DNA from: Octopus vulgaris
Taxonomy: Eukaryota
NCBI GenBank assembly: GCA_951406725.2
Contig: OX597841.1
Span: 2,976,001-3,040,000, forward strand
DNA: 64,000 nt
Reading direction: 5' to 3'
Under the pieces are notes generated by a model. That model was given only the letters and a program-made list of their open reading frames with translations, searched no databases and was not told the origin of the DNA. Position 1 is the first letter of the stretch. Each line of letters starts with the position of its first letter. The translations under genes were made by a program, and so were the position numbers. Below, piece by piece: positions 24,753-36,972 of the stretch.

Positions 24753-27282
24753 CATCATCATCATCATCATCATCATCGTTTAACGTCCGCTTTCCATGCT
24801 AGCATGGGTTGGACGGTTCAACTGGGGTCTGGGAAGCCCGAAGGCTGCACCAGGCCAGTCAGATGTGGCAGTGTTTCTACAGCTGGATGCCCTTCCTAAC
24901 GCCAACCACTCCGAGAGTGTAGTGGGTGATTTTATGTGCCACCGACACAGGTGCCAGACGAGGCTGGCAGACGTCCACGCTCGGATGGTGTTTTTTATGT
25001 GCCACCGACACAGGTGCCAGACGAGGCTGGCAGACGGCCACGCTCGGATGGTGTTTTCTTATGTGTCACCGACACAGGTGCCAGACGAGGCTGGCGGACG
25101 GCCACGCTCGGATGGTGTTTGTTACGTGCCCTCAGCACGGAGGCCAGTCATTGCGGTACTGGCTACGGTCACGTTCGGATGGTTTTCTTATGTGCCACCG
25201 GCACTGGTACCACAAGGATACAAATTCCATTGATGTTCATCTATTTTGATTTGGTTCGATTTGATTCGATACGATTCGATTCTCACTTGCCTCAACAGGT
25301 CTTCACAAGTGTCACAAGAAGGAAGGTATGCACAGGTGGACTGACTACGTCCCAGGTAGGGGCCACGGATTATGGCTTCACTAGTCTTGCCGGGTCTTCT
25401 CACGCACAGCATACTTCCATAGGTCTCGGTCTCTAGTCATTTCCATGGTGAGACCTAACGTCCGAAGGTCGTGCTTCACCACCTCGTCCCAGGTTTTCCT
25501 GGGTCTACCTCTTCCACGGGTTCCCTCAACTGCTAGGGATTGGCACTTTCTCACACACCTATCTTCATCCATTCTCGCCACATGACCATACCAGCGCAAT
25601 CGTCTCTCTTGCACACAACAACTGATGCTTCTTAGGTACAACATTTCTCTCAAGGTACTAACGCTCTGTCGAGTAAGTACACTGACATTACACATCCATC
25701 GGAGCATACTGGCTTCGTTCCTCACGAGCTTACGCATGTCCTCAGCAGTCACGGCCCATGTTTCACTGCCATGTAGCATAGCTGTTCGTACACATGCATC
25801 ATACAGTCTGCCTTTTACTCTGAGCGAGAGACCTTTAGTCACCAGCAGAGGTAAGAGCTCCCTAAACTTTGCCCAGGCTATTCTTATTCTAGCAGTTACA
25901 CTTTCAGCGCACCCACCCCCACTACTGACTTGGTCACCTAGATAGCGGAAGCTATCAACTACTTCTAGTTTTTCCCCCGGAAAGTGACAGAAGTTGTTTT
26001 CTGCAGATTTTCGGAGGTCAATGCTCCAGAGCACCTGCCACATACAAAAACTATCTTCCCAGTTAGCCTACCTTTGACATTGCTGCACCTCTTATGTGTC
26101 CATAGCTTACACTGGGTACATCTTATAGAGTTTCTACCTACACCTTTTCTACAGATCGAGCAGGGCCATCTTCCTGAGGATATTTGTGGGTTTTCTACCT
26201 TTCTACTTATTAGTACTTTGGTTTTAGCTAGGTTGACTCTAAGGCCCCTCGATTCTAAACCCTCCTTCCACACCTGGAACTTCTCCTCCAGTTCTGATAG
26301 TGACTCAGCGATTAGAGCGAGGTCGTCAGCATAGAGGAGCTCCCAGGGGCAACCTGTCTTGAATTCCTCCGTTATTGCCTGGAGGACTATGATAAATAGG
26401 AGGGGGCTGAGTACTGAACCCTGGTGGACCCCAACCTCTACTTTGAATTCTTCTGTGTACATGTTGCCAACTCTAACCTTACTTACGGCATCTCTGTACA
26501 TGGCTTGCACAGCCCTCACCAGCCATTCATCTATCCCTAGTTTCCTCATTGACCACCAGATGAGGGATCGGGGGACCCTATCAAAGGCTTTCTCCATGTC
26601 AACGAAAGCCAGGTACAGGGGCTTATCCTTGGCTAGGTATTTCTCCTGCAGCTGCCTTACCAGGAATATAGCATCAGTGGTGCTTTTCCCTGGGACAAAC
26701 CCAAACTGCATCTCATCTAAACTAACTCTCTCTCTAATTAGTTGGGCTATGACCCTCTCCGTAACCTTCATTACCTGATCCAACAGCTTGATACCTCTGT
26801 AATTATTTGTATCCAGGGCATCACCTTTACCTTTGTAGCAGTTGACTAGTATGCTGCTACACCAGTCATTGGGTATGACTCCTTCGTGTATCACCTGGTT
26901 GACTATACGGGTGACTAGGTTATAGCCGACACTGCCAGATATTTTGAGCATCTCTGCAGTAATTCCTGATGGGCCTGGGGCTTTCCCTGTCTTCATGCTT
27001 CTAATTGCCTTAGCTACCACGGAACTATCAACTCGGATAGCTGGTCCCTCTGTTGGGTCAACATTTGGCAGACTCTCTTTATCCCATTCATTTTCTTTAT
27101 TCAGCAAACTTTCATAGTGGCATCTCCAAACCTCTCTCTTTGCATCCTCATTTAGCGCAAGTGAACCATCATCCATGCGAACACACTTCTCTCCTACCAC
27201 ATCACGATTCTCTCTCACACACTGTCTTGCAACACGAAATACCTCAAGTCTTTCATCCTCACGGCTCAGAACATTGGCAAAT
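24753..27282 (-). mobile_element. RTE-clade LINE, 5'-truncated: RT ORF (frameshift near 25975), 3' UTR with tandem hairpin repeats, (GAT)n tail
   Basis: KAPGPSG, NYRGIKL, QFGF, DMEKAFD, GVHQGSVLSP, YADD, RLRWYGHV; stop at 25381; inserted in a CT-rich tract. Confidence 0.95.
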
Positions 27283-27710
27283 TTTCTTCTTTCTTTCTTC
27301 CTTCATTCCTTTCTTTCTTTCCCTCTTTCTATCTTCCTCCCTTTCTTTCTCTCTCTCCTTCTTTCTTTCTTCCTTCCCCTCTTTCTATATCTCCTTTCTT
27401 CCCCTCTTTCTATCTATCTCTCCTTTCTTTCTTTCTTCCTTCATTCCTTTCTTTCTATCTCCCTCTCCTTTCTTTCTCTCTCTCCTTATTTCTTTCTTCC
27501 CCTCATTCTATCTCTCTCTCCTTCTTCCTTCATTCCTTTCCTTCTCTCTCCTTCTTCCTTCCTTTCTATCTTTCTTTCTTTCCTTCATTCTTTCTCTTCC
27601 TTCCTTTCTTTCTCTCTTTCCTTCTTTCTATCTCCCTCTCCTTCTTTCTTTCTCTCTCTCTCCTTATTTCTTTCTTTCTTTCCTTCCTTCGTTCTTTCTC
27701 TCTCTTTCTT
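27283..27710. repeat. CT-rich polypyrimidine simple repeat
   Basis: (TTTC/TTCC/TCTC)n. Confidence 0.95.
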
Positions 27711-27924
27711 GTCGGGGAAAAGCTTTCTGTTTTCGAGTAACCAGTGTATTGTATCAGAGTTGATCTACATTTAAACTACCTTAATCCAGACAGATTTGTG
27801 TGTATGTGTGTGTGTGTGCGTGTGTGTGTGTAATGGCAGGAATAAGATAGGCATTAAAACAGTTGCTCACGGACTTGCAAATTCCAACGCACCCACACCT
27901 GCCAAATTACCATATATATATATA

Positions 27925-28357
27925 TATTTCTTTACTGCCCACAAGGAGCTAACTCAGAGAGGGGACAAACAAGGACAGACAAACGGACGGATTAAGTCGA
28001 TTATATCGACCCCAGTGCGTAACTGGTACTTAATTTATCGACCCCGAAAGGATGAAAGGCAAAGTCGACCTCGGCGGAATTTGAACTCAGAACGTAACGA
28101 CAGACGAAACCGGCAGACGAAATACCTATTTCTTTATTACCCACAAGGGGCTAAACACAGAGGGGACAAACAAGGACAGACATAGGTGTTAAGTCGATTA
28201 CATCGACCCCAGTGCGTAACTGGTACTTAATTTATCGACCCCGAAAGGATGAAAGGCAAAGTCGACCTCGGCGGAATTTGAACTCAGAACGTAACGACAG
28301 ACGAAATACCGCTAAGCATTTCACCCGGCATGCTAACGATTCGGCCAGCTCGCCGCC
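27925..28357 (-). mobile_element. SINE family A dimer between (TA)n and (CA)n
   Basis: Head GGCGGCGAGCTGG at the 28357 end, two units. Confidence 0.85.
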
Positions 28358-28392
<35 letters not shown>

Positions 28393-28619
28393 GGGGGATT
28401 GAGAGAAAGAGAGGAAGATGGGTACACCTTGCCCTGCGTCGACCCTGCTTGGTTTTAAACCATGAAATCACTTCCATGAGGAAAGGTTGGAAGCCCTATT
28501 TATATCGTCATTGACTGTTCATAATATGTCCCCCTGCTCGCCACAACAATTTCTGATAAGTTGTATTTTCAATTTTATATTTTTTATTCATCATTCAATT
28601 TATATTCTTGCTTCCCACT

Positions 28620-29900
28620 ATATTATAACGAGCAAAGAAAAAACAAAGTTGTACCAGCAAAAATTCTGAAAGGAATGGCTTAAGATACCAGCGTTTACTA
28701 AGTGGTTGTGTGAAGTACATTGCAGATATTGTAGATGTAATATGCTGGCAAAATATTCTCTTTTAGTAAACCACTGTGGAGCAAAGAAACATAAGGCATC
28801 AACTTTACAGCAAAAATGATAAGACATCTGTGCCTGAAGCGAATTTAGCAATGTTTATTTGTTGCCATTCATCATTTAATAACTTTGATCTTCTCTTCTT
28901 CTCTTCTCCCCCGTCTGTCTTGATAGACAATGGGTCGCTACTTTGATGATGAGCAGCGTCTGCTGTGACTGAACAGTCCAATTCTAGAGTGGCAGCCCCT
29001 GGTACAGTTGCTGCACACGAACATCGATGGGTACGTGTGGGGTGTTGCTGCAGTTGTCCTCCTCCTGTCCCGCCTGTCCGACCACAGCTGTGCCCTCCTT
29101 TCCTCAGCCATGGAAACGCCTTTCCTCACTGTCCGACGCCAGGCAGAGCGGTCAGCAGCTGTTACCTCCCACGTGTCCACACAGATGTTGGCAGTCCTCA
29201 GGTCGCGCTTGCACACATCCCTGTATCGTAGCTGTGGACGTCCCTTGGGTCGGGATCCCGTGGTGAGTTCGCTGTACAGGATGTCTTTAGGCATGCGACC
29301 GTCCTGCATGCGGCAGACATGTCCGAGCCAGCGCAGTCGTTTCCGCATGAGGAGGGCATGCATGCTTGGCATATTAGTCTGTTCTAGGATGACTCCGTTT
29401 GGTACTCGGTCCTTCCAGGAGATGCCAAGGATCCGTCGAAGACACCGCATGTGGAAGCCGCTGAGGCGGCATTCTTGCAGGGTGTATGTTGTCCAGCTCT
29501 CGCTGCCGTAGAGTAGGGTGCTCAGCACGCAGGCTCGGTACACTGCGATCTTGGTGGTTATTGTGAGCATGTTGTTTTCCCACACTCTCCTGGAGAGCTT
29601 AGCCATGGCAGCAGCAGCCTTCCCAATCCGTTTGTTCAGCTCCGGCTCGAGGGATCACTTATTAGAATTATGTAAGAATTATATGTCTGATGGTGATATT
29701 ATATCCAAAGTGAAGTTGCATCGTACAAAATGGGCAAATATTGTGAGAAATGGTCTAGCTCCATATTTTGATGGAGATTTGATTTCTGATATAGGAGATT
29801 GAAAATTTAGATGAATTATTAGATGAATCCAATGATATATGGATAAACAAGTCGTTAGGAAATGTTATCATATATTACAGTAACACTCACAAAAAAAAGT
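28620..29900 (+). pseudogene. hAT-like transposase 5' relic interrupted by RTE insertion
   Basis: YQQKF.KEW...WL...HCRYC...NHCGAKKH zinc finger; resumes DHLLELCK...KVKLHRTK..NIV..LAP...LDES after 29650. Confidence 0.65.
28891..29652 (-). mobile_element. Second RTE-clade (BovB/RTE-1-like) LINE 3' fragment
   Basis: TKIAVYRACVLSTLLYGSESW...RLRWLGHVCRM, terminal CxxC..H finger, (GAAGA)n tail; GC-rich and uninterrupted. Confidence 0.9.
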
Positions 29901-30039
29901 GGTACATCACCCAATGCAGTCGTCGATATTCACGACCCATAGGAAAAATTTAAGGGAAATGTGCTGTTATTTCCAGTAGGTCATATGGAGTATCGCAGGA
30001 CCTACAATTTTCAGGACAGATCAAACAAGAATAAACATT

Positions 30040-31053
30040 GATGAATTGAGAGGTAATTAGAAGCAATTTGGCGATCTTTCGTCTCTAGTAGACCTTTCCG
30101 TAAAAAAATTTTTTTTTACATATGGGCTTGCGGGAACTTTTGAAGTAATATACATACATATACACATACACCGAGTAAAAAATTTCAGTTATCTCTTTCT
30201 TTCACACATTACTCTGTCTCTTCACACACACTAACAGAAGCACTTCACTTACACAACATACTGTCTGTCTCCCACACCCCATCAAACACACACACATGTA
30301 CATCAATGCTTGCCATGCACGGTAACTTCAAAAGAACTTCCTTCGTCATACAATCGCTTTCTCTTAGTCTCTTTCGCTCTCATTACTTCAAAAGTTCCCG
30401 CAAGCCCATATGTAAAAAAAAAATTTTTTTTACGGAAATCGACGGAAAGGTCTACTAGAGACGAAAGATTGCCGAAAAAATTGCTTCAATTGAAATTCAG
30501 TTTAATAGCATTCATTTAGTTAAATGGACAAATACATCTACTACTGCGGCATTCTGGCTGGAATTCTTGCAAAATAAAGGTGCTACCGGAGGAAATCCTT
30601 TTAGCGATGTTGCAAATTTTGCCATTAATCTATTGACATTGCCAAACTCAAATGCAGAAGTTGAACGGTTGTTCAGTAGTATGGACGTAATCAAATCAAA
30701 ATTGAAAAACAAAATGCATCTTCCTATGCTTAGATCAATACTGTCTTTAAAAGTACGGCCTGAAAAGATATGGCAAATGTTGCGACTACTTCGATATCCC
30801 AAAACACAACATAATTAACAAGATTGGGACCTTAAATGTATACAGAAGTGAAGACCTAAGCACTGCAACCCAAAGTGATTAAATCAGTGAAATTCAAGAA
30901 ATTATTTTTCAATGCTGAATATAATTAAAGAAGGTAAATAAAAATGTAAATTAAAAATTAAGCTTTTTGATATAATTAGTCTTGGCATTTTTTTTTTGTA
31001 TTTTTTTCTACTGAAATTTAGCATAAAACCGTGATTTTAAGTTGGCGACACTG
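30040..31053 (+). mobile_element. hAT 3' fragment (duplicate of 19735-20800) with MITE at 30070-30473
   Basis: LPNSNAEVERLFSSMDVIKSKLKNKM; ends GTTGGCGACACTG. Confidence 0.8.
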
Positions 31054-31184
31054 TATCTGTCTTCGAAAGTTAGAAATAGCAACCAAATCAAGGACATCTT
31101 TCGCTCATAAACCACAGAAGGGAGCACCTGCAAAAAACCGAACGTCTACAGAATTAAAAACATAGAATATCTTCATTGTTTAAT

Positions 31185-31375
31185 ACTTACGGAAATGTTT
31201 CTTAAAGGATAGTGTGGTTATATATGTGTGCATCTGGTGGTTGAGAATGCGGTATAAGTACGTATTATAGATATCATAATTGGATTTACAGCTAATTAAG
31301 AGAAATTCATGCACGGGACAATTAATTGGATATCGAGAGGAAGCTGGAAGTAAGTTCAATGCGCATGCGTCTCTC
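31185..31375 (-). promoter_or_regulatory. Putative promoter and non-coding exon 1 (nearest module for ZNF-2)
   Basis: TGCGCATGCG at 31360-31369; donor GT at 31190-31189; partial second copy with motif at 32634-32643. Confidence 0.6.
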
Positions 31376-31627
31376 CGGTCCTAAAATAATTAAGTCTGCT
31401 AAGTTTAATTAACTCTTCATCTTTCAATATATGCTGCTGTGGATGTATGTGTGTGTCCCATGCATGAATTTTTTTTTTTTTCCCACGCGAGATCCGGACC
31501 CCAGATATGAACTCATTTGCATACAGTCACTCAGAGCTCAACTGTCAAACTAATTTACGAGCGCATAACAAGAGATGGGGTCATTTGGGTAAGGCATGAC
31601 CATGCCTCTTTTCTCTTTTAATAATAC

Positions 31628-31980
31628 GGCAATCTTTCGTCTCTAGTAGACCTTTCCGTCGATTTCCGTAAAAAACTTCTTTTTTTTTTTTACATATGGG
31701 CTTGCGGGAACTTTTGAAGTAATGAGAGCGAAAGAGACTAAGAGAAAGCGATTTTATGACGAGGGAAGTTCTTTTGAAGTTACCGTGCATGGGAAGCATT
31801 GATGTACATGTGTGTGTGTGTGTGTGTGTTTGATGGGGTGTGGGAGACGGAAAGTATGTTGTGTAAGTGAAGTGCTTACACATGTATATTACTTCAAAAG
31901 TTCCCGCAAGCCCATATGTAAAAAATATATATATTTTTACGGAAATCGACGGAAAGGTCTACTAGAGACGAAAGATCGCC
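31628..31980. mobile_element. Merlin-like MITE
   Basis: Same TIRs; TSD AATAATAC. Confidence 0.9.
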
Positions 31981-32099
31981 AATAATACTTGTTGTTCTTG
32001 TTCCAACCATGGCTGCTTTTGCGTAGTTATATGTGTTGTTGTTTACTTTGTAAAAGTGTAATGAGAGAGGGTTGCCGGCACATCACCCTCTACCCACGT

Positions 32100-32553
32100 T
32101 TTTCCCATCTGCTTCTTTACGTTCGGCTTTGTTGTTATCGGGGAGTTCGTGGGGGACCCACCCAGTCAACTTCCCTACTTTTCCGAGCTTTTTGAGACGA
32201 CGAACGATGGTCGAATGGTCCACATTGAAGCCTTCGGCCAACATTCTCGTTGTCAAGCTTTTGTCCTCTTCCACGGCTGCCAAAAGTGCCTCGTCGTTGA
32301 AACTGGACGATCGACCTCTTCTTTTTTCGTCTGCGAGGTTTCGATCGCCCGACTTGAACTTCTTGAACCACCTTTCAACTTGGCTTTTGCTGATCGTTCC
32401 TTCACCAAAAAGTTCATTGAGATCGCGAAACGACTGCGCCGCATTCCAGCCTTTCTCGAAGTGGTACAGCATAATATGACGAATGTGCATGTGGTTTTCG
32501 ATACGCATTTTTATGGAAAAAAAAAAAAGCCGCGATAATTCTGCACCAACCCA
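32100..32553 (-). mobile_element. Mariner element 5' fragment (TIR and DNA-binding domain)
   Basis: HIRHIMLYHFEKG...RWFKKFKSG...GWVPHEL; TIR-like GGTTGGTGCAGAATTATCGCGG resembling Hsmar1-type TIR. Confidence 0.85.
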
Positions 32554-32741
32554 AAAATTTCCAGCTGATTAAGAGAAATTCATGCAGAGGACATTTAACC
32601 CGATATCAACATCAAGTGGGGAAGCTCGTTCAATGCGCATGCGTATCTCCTGTCCTGAAATATCTCAGTCTAATTATCTCCCGTGATTGCTGTGGATATG
32701 TGTGTGGATGTCCTGTGCAGAGAAGCAACAGGGTAACGGCG

Positions 32742-33130
32742 TTGGCAGAAACGTTAGCACGCCGGCGGGCGAAATGCGTAGCCGTATTTCGTCTGCCGTT
32801 ACGTTCTGAGTTCAAATTCCGCCGAGGTCGACTTTGCCTTTCATCCTTTCGGGGTCGATAAATTAAGTACCAGTTACGCACTGGAGGTCGATGTAATCGA
32901 CTTAATCCCTTTGTCTGTTCTTGTTTAGCCCCTTGTGGGTAGTAAAAAATAGGTATTTCGTCTGCCGCTACGTTCTGAGTTCAAATTCCACCGAGGTCGA
33001 CTTTGCCTTTCATCCTTTCGGGGTCGATAAATTAAGTACCAGTTACGCACTGGGGTCGATGTAATCGACTTAATCCCTTTGTCTGTCCTTGTTTAGCCCC
33101 TTGTGGGTAGTAAAAAATAGGTATTTCGTC
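32742..33130 (+). mobile_element. SINE family A dimer ending in stub GGTATTTCGTC
   Basis: Head, two units, and a third unit aborted after 11 nt. Confidence 0.85.
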
Positions 33131-33359
33131 ACATTTAAGGTTAAATGTTTATTCTAAGAGAAATTTACCTATTTGCAGTAGGTCATGTGATCATATGGAG
33201 AGTCGAGGGACCTACAATTTTCATGACAGATCAAACAGGAATTAAACATTGATGAATGATGAAACAAAATTGGAAAAACAATTAACAACTTTGCTTTCCA
33301 TCCATGTGATTTGGAGTTCAGTCTCACAGAGCATCACCTTGAGCAAGTTTCTTCTTTAA

Positions 33360-33672
33360 CCCCTTACCCAACAATTATTTTGAAAATAAATGTATTTTTT
33401 CAGACATATTTTTTATTAGTTTCAGTCAATACATGCTCTATAACTCTTTCATCTATATACAAAGAAAAAAAAATCAAAAGGACTCATTGTCACTGCCAGA
33501 CGTATAAAGTGAGCGAATATACTCGTATATGTCAAAAAAGAGTTTATAATAGACGAAGGAACTCGTTTGCTGTCGATTTTGGCGAGTCTATCTTTTGACG
33601 AGTTAACTCGCCAGAGATAGAAAAAAACGATTTCGGTCAAAACGCATATATTCGTTTCTGCCGGGTAAGGGG
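33360..33672. mobile_element. piggyBac-type MITE
   Basis: TTAA-CCCCTTACCC ... GGGTAAGGGG-TTAA; inserted in a decayed SINE-B. Confidence 0.75.
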
Positions 33673-34010
33673 TTAATAGTGTCAGTGTATCTAAAGCCAC
33701 CCGAGTGGATTTGGTAGCAGAATCTAAATGAAGCTTCTCCTCTGTGTGTCTACACATGATGTAACATATGTCAATGCATGTCCGGACATGGGGAAATATC
33801 ACCTTGCTTGGAAACTGGGGACGGTTAATAAGAGGAAGGTCATCTGGCAGGGAAATTTCTGCCTGACCAACGACCATCCAACCCATGCCAGCATGGAAGA
33901 ATTAGGAAGGACCAACAACTTCTTTGTCCCCTTCTGTGTTTAGCCTCTTGTAGGTAATAAAGAAACAGGTATATTTTTATTTACATTTGTGAAGAAAAAA
34001 AGATACCCTT

Positions 34011-34126
34011 CAAGGACCCCTTGAGAAGAAATCTGAAAAATCCCTGCTAACACGGAGAAATTCTAAGTTGTTAGAATTTCTCCGTGTTAGCAGGGATTTT
34101 TCGGATTTCTTCTCATGGGGTCCTTG
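34011..34126. repeat. Near-perfect 56-bp-arm palindrome
   Basis: CAAGGACCCC...TTCTAA-GTTG-TTAGAA...GGGGTCCTTG. Confidence 0.9.
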
Positions 34127-34439
34127 GAAATGATCTGAAGCATCATTTTGACAAAAAAAAATATTGTTAGGGAAATGTTTTTTTAACCCAACCCTTCCGA
34201 TCCCATTTTTCCCTCTCTGGACTGATTTTGCTCAGTTTTGTGGGCACCATGCAAGATATTTTGGCAGGGAATTATGCACCTAGGATCTTTTCGGTTTGAA
34301 CGGCAGTTTTTTTCTAGCGGTGTCATGAAATTGTCCCCCATAACTATGACCCTAATATCGATCTATTGCATTTCAATCTGTTTTAGGGTTGGGGTGGGGC
34401 GAAGGGTATCTTTTTTTCTTCACAAATGTAAATAAAAAT

Positions 34440-34667
34440 ATACCTGTTTCTTTATTACCTACAAGGGACTAAACAAAGAAGGGCAGACAAACGGATGAAG
34501 TCGATTACATCGACCTCCAGTGCATAACTGGTACTTAATTTATCGACCCCGAAAGGATGAAAGGCAAAGTCGACCTCGGCAGAATTTGAACTCAGAACAT
34601 AACCGCAGACGAAATACCGCAAAGCATTTCGCCCAGCGTGCTAACGTTTCCACCAGCACGCTGCCTT
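34440..34667 (-). mobile_element. SINE family A monomer (diverged)
   Basis: Head, B box, core and tail recognisable. Confidence 0.75.
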
Positions 34668-35204
34668 ACACGTATCAATATATTGCTGCTGATATGTGTG
34701 TGGGTGTCCCGCACAGATAGACAACAGGGTAATGACATTATTAGGAGAGTTTGGGAGGGTGAAAGGTGGGGAGGTAGAGTGTAGTGGGGGAAAAGAAACA
34801 GAAAACGTTAAGCTAAGAGAAGTATGAGTTAAGACACTTGTGAATCTCATAAGAGGAATGAACGGGCAAAAGAAGTGACAATTGAGAAATTAGCAATTGG
34901 CGATGGGGAAATGAAAAGCTAAAGATGGAAAAAGTGCCCTCTCCTTTGGATTTACAGGATCATGCTCAAAGTGGTTTTGTCATTTACGCATACGATCTTT
35001 GCTACATTCACCCACCTTTTATTGAAACTTTCATGAGACAAAGCCTCCCTCTCTATTCTTACCTTCCTTTTAAAGTGGTACTTGAAAAAGTTTGTGAGCA
35101 GTTGGCCAATGATGAAAGTATTTGTATCTAAACCTTTCAAACGTGTCCACCACACACATTCATAGTACAATGAAAACTGCCTTGCCTTCCTGGTTAAAGG
35201 AAGG

Positions 35205-36200
35205 TGGTGGGCCGTTTGCCAACTTCGCCAGGCCCCTGTGCCGGTGGCATGTAAAAAGCACCCACTACATTCACGAAGTGGTTGGCATTAAGGAGGGCAT
35301 CCACCTGTAGAAACACTGCCAAATCAGACTGGAGCCTGGCGCAGCCTCCTGGCTTCCCAGACCCTTCCAACCCATGCCAGCATGGAAAAGACGTTAAACG
35401 ATGATGATGTCTCCAACTGGATCCCTAGGTTTCTAAGACTTCCTCTACCAGATTGGTTGAAATATCTCAAACCATCTCGTTTTAAGTGTCAAAACACTAA
35501 CTGCTAACCTATGTTGTGAAGTCCACTCTTTACTGGGTATGACTTTGCATTCAGAACTATCTGCTTAAGCTGCTTTCTGGTTAGAATGTAGCCAATCTGG
35601 CTTGTGTGTCACCAAATTCATTGGTGATCAAGTTGCCAGTATGTTTCCTCAAGACCTGAAGTTAGTAGTAACAAAAACTGGGCGGGGTTGACAATGACCA
35701 GAATCTCTTCCAAAACGTTTTTTCTCAATTTTATGAAAATCATCATAATCTAGACAACCGAAAATGTATCTCTGCAAAGTTTCATTTAAAGAAACTATTC
35801 TTCAGACACTAACAAGGAATAAGTCTGGTTTGGGGCACTAAACTATATTTATGCCTCATGTTCTTCCTTTGTGGTCTTTTCTGTTTATTACTTGGGGTCA
35901 TTGTTTATGTACATATTTAACAACTTTACAATATTCCTCACTGAAAACGGATTCCATCACATACCAGCGGGAGAAACTAGAAGTAGTTGATAGCTTCTGC
36001 TACATAGGTGACCAATTCTGTAATGGGGATAGATGCTTGGAGTGTTACCACTAGAATAAGAATAGCCTCAGCAAAGTTTAAAAAGCTCCTAGCTCATGCT
36101 CAGAATGAAAGGTAGCTTGTATGATGCATACATGTGAACTGCCATACTGCACAGCAGTGAAACATGGGCTGCAACAGCTGAAGACATGCATAGGATCTCT
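35205..36200. mobile_element. Decayed RTE fragments: 3' tail 35205-35409 (+), endonuclease remnant ~35440-35660 (-), RT C-terminal remnant ~35945-36200 (+)
   Basis: EKLEVVDSFCYIGDQ matches the RTE at 25381-26043; (GAT)n tail. Confidence 0.65.
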
Positions 36201-36972
36201 TACCCCATCATCCATATTTTCCTGATATTGTGTCATTCGACTACCACTTGATTGTGTATCTACAGGACTCATTGCAAGGAAAGAGTTTTACCAATGGTTT
36301 CTAAGTGTATAGTGCCCACAACGATAATCAATCAGCTGGGTGTACACCAGTACCGGGTCGATCCCCAAATCTAATCAGTCTGTGCCAGTCATGAGGCCAA
36401 ACATCCCTGAAAGTTTCAACCAAATCCATCCAGCGGTTCTTCAGATATCTTGCCCACGGACAAACAAAGAAAACATGACTGAAAACAATGCCTCCACCTT
36501 CTCTAGGTTGGGGGTAACAAGGAAAAAGGAATCTCTATTTCAAAAATCTTGAAACAATTTTTATTTGATACATGGGAATTTATGATAAAGCATCAGATTG
36601 TGTTTTATCAAATTTTATATTTATTTGCAAGCTGGCAGAAACATTAGCACACTGGGAAAAATGCGTAGCCGTATTTCGTCTGCCGTTACGTTATATTTAA
36701 TGGATGAAGCATTTAAAAGATTATAAGCAATAAATTCACAGAAATTTGTGGATGCAGTAACCGATAAAAGATGATGAGTAAGGTTCTCAGGAGGAGAAGT
36801 TTTGGTATGGAAGTCCTCACACTCTGGAAAGAGAATGCATGAATGATCAAGGAAGAAGCAGGACAGAAAAAAAATCAAAATGTTTTGGAAATACTTCAGT
36901 CACAATTTTCACTGCGTAACACACAGGAAAATTACATATATATAGCAAATAAGAAATGAGAAACTACCCTTT

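Noticed and set aside
27053-27774. F/L/S-rich ORFs of 236 and 199 aa
   Set aside because: Translation of a CT microsatellite
36290-36505. Fragment resembling Helentron-associated interspersed repeats
   Set aside because: Resemblance from memory only; no termini or second copy in the window
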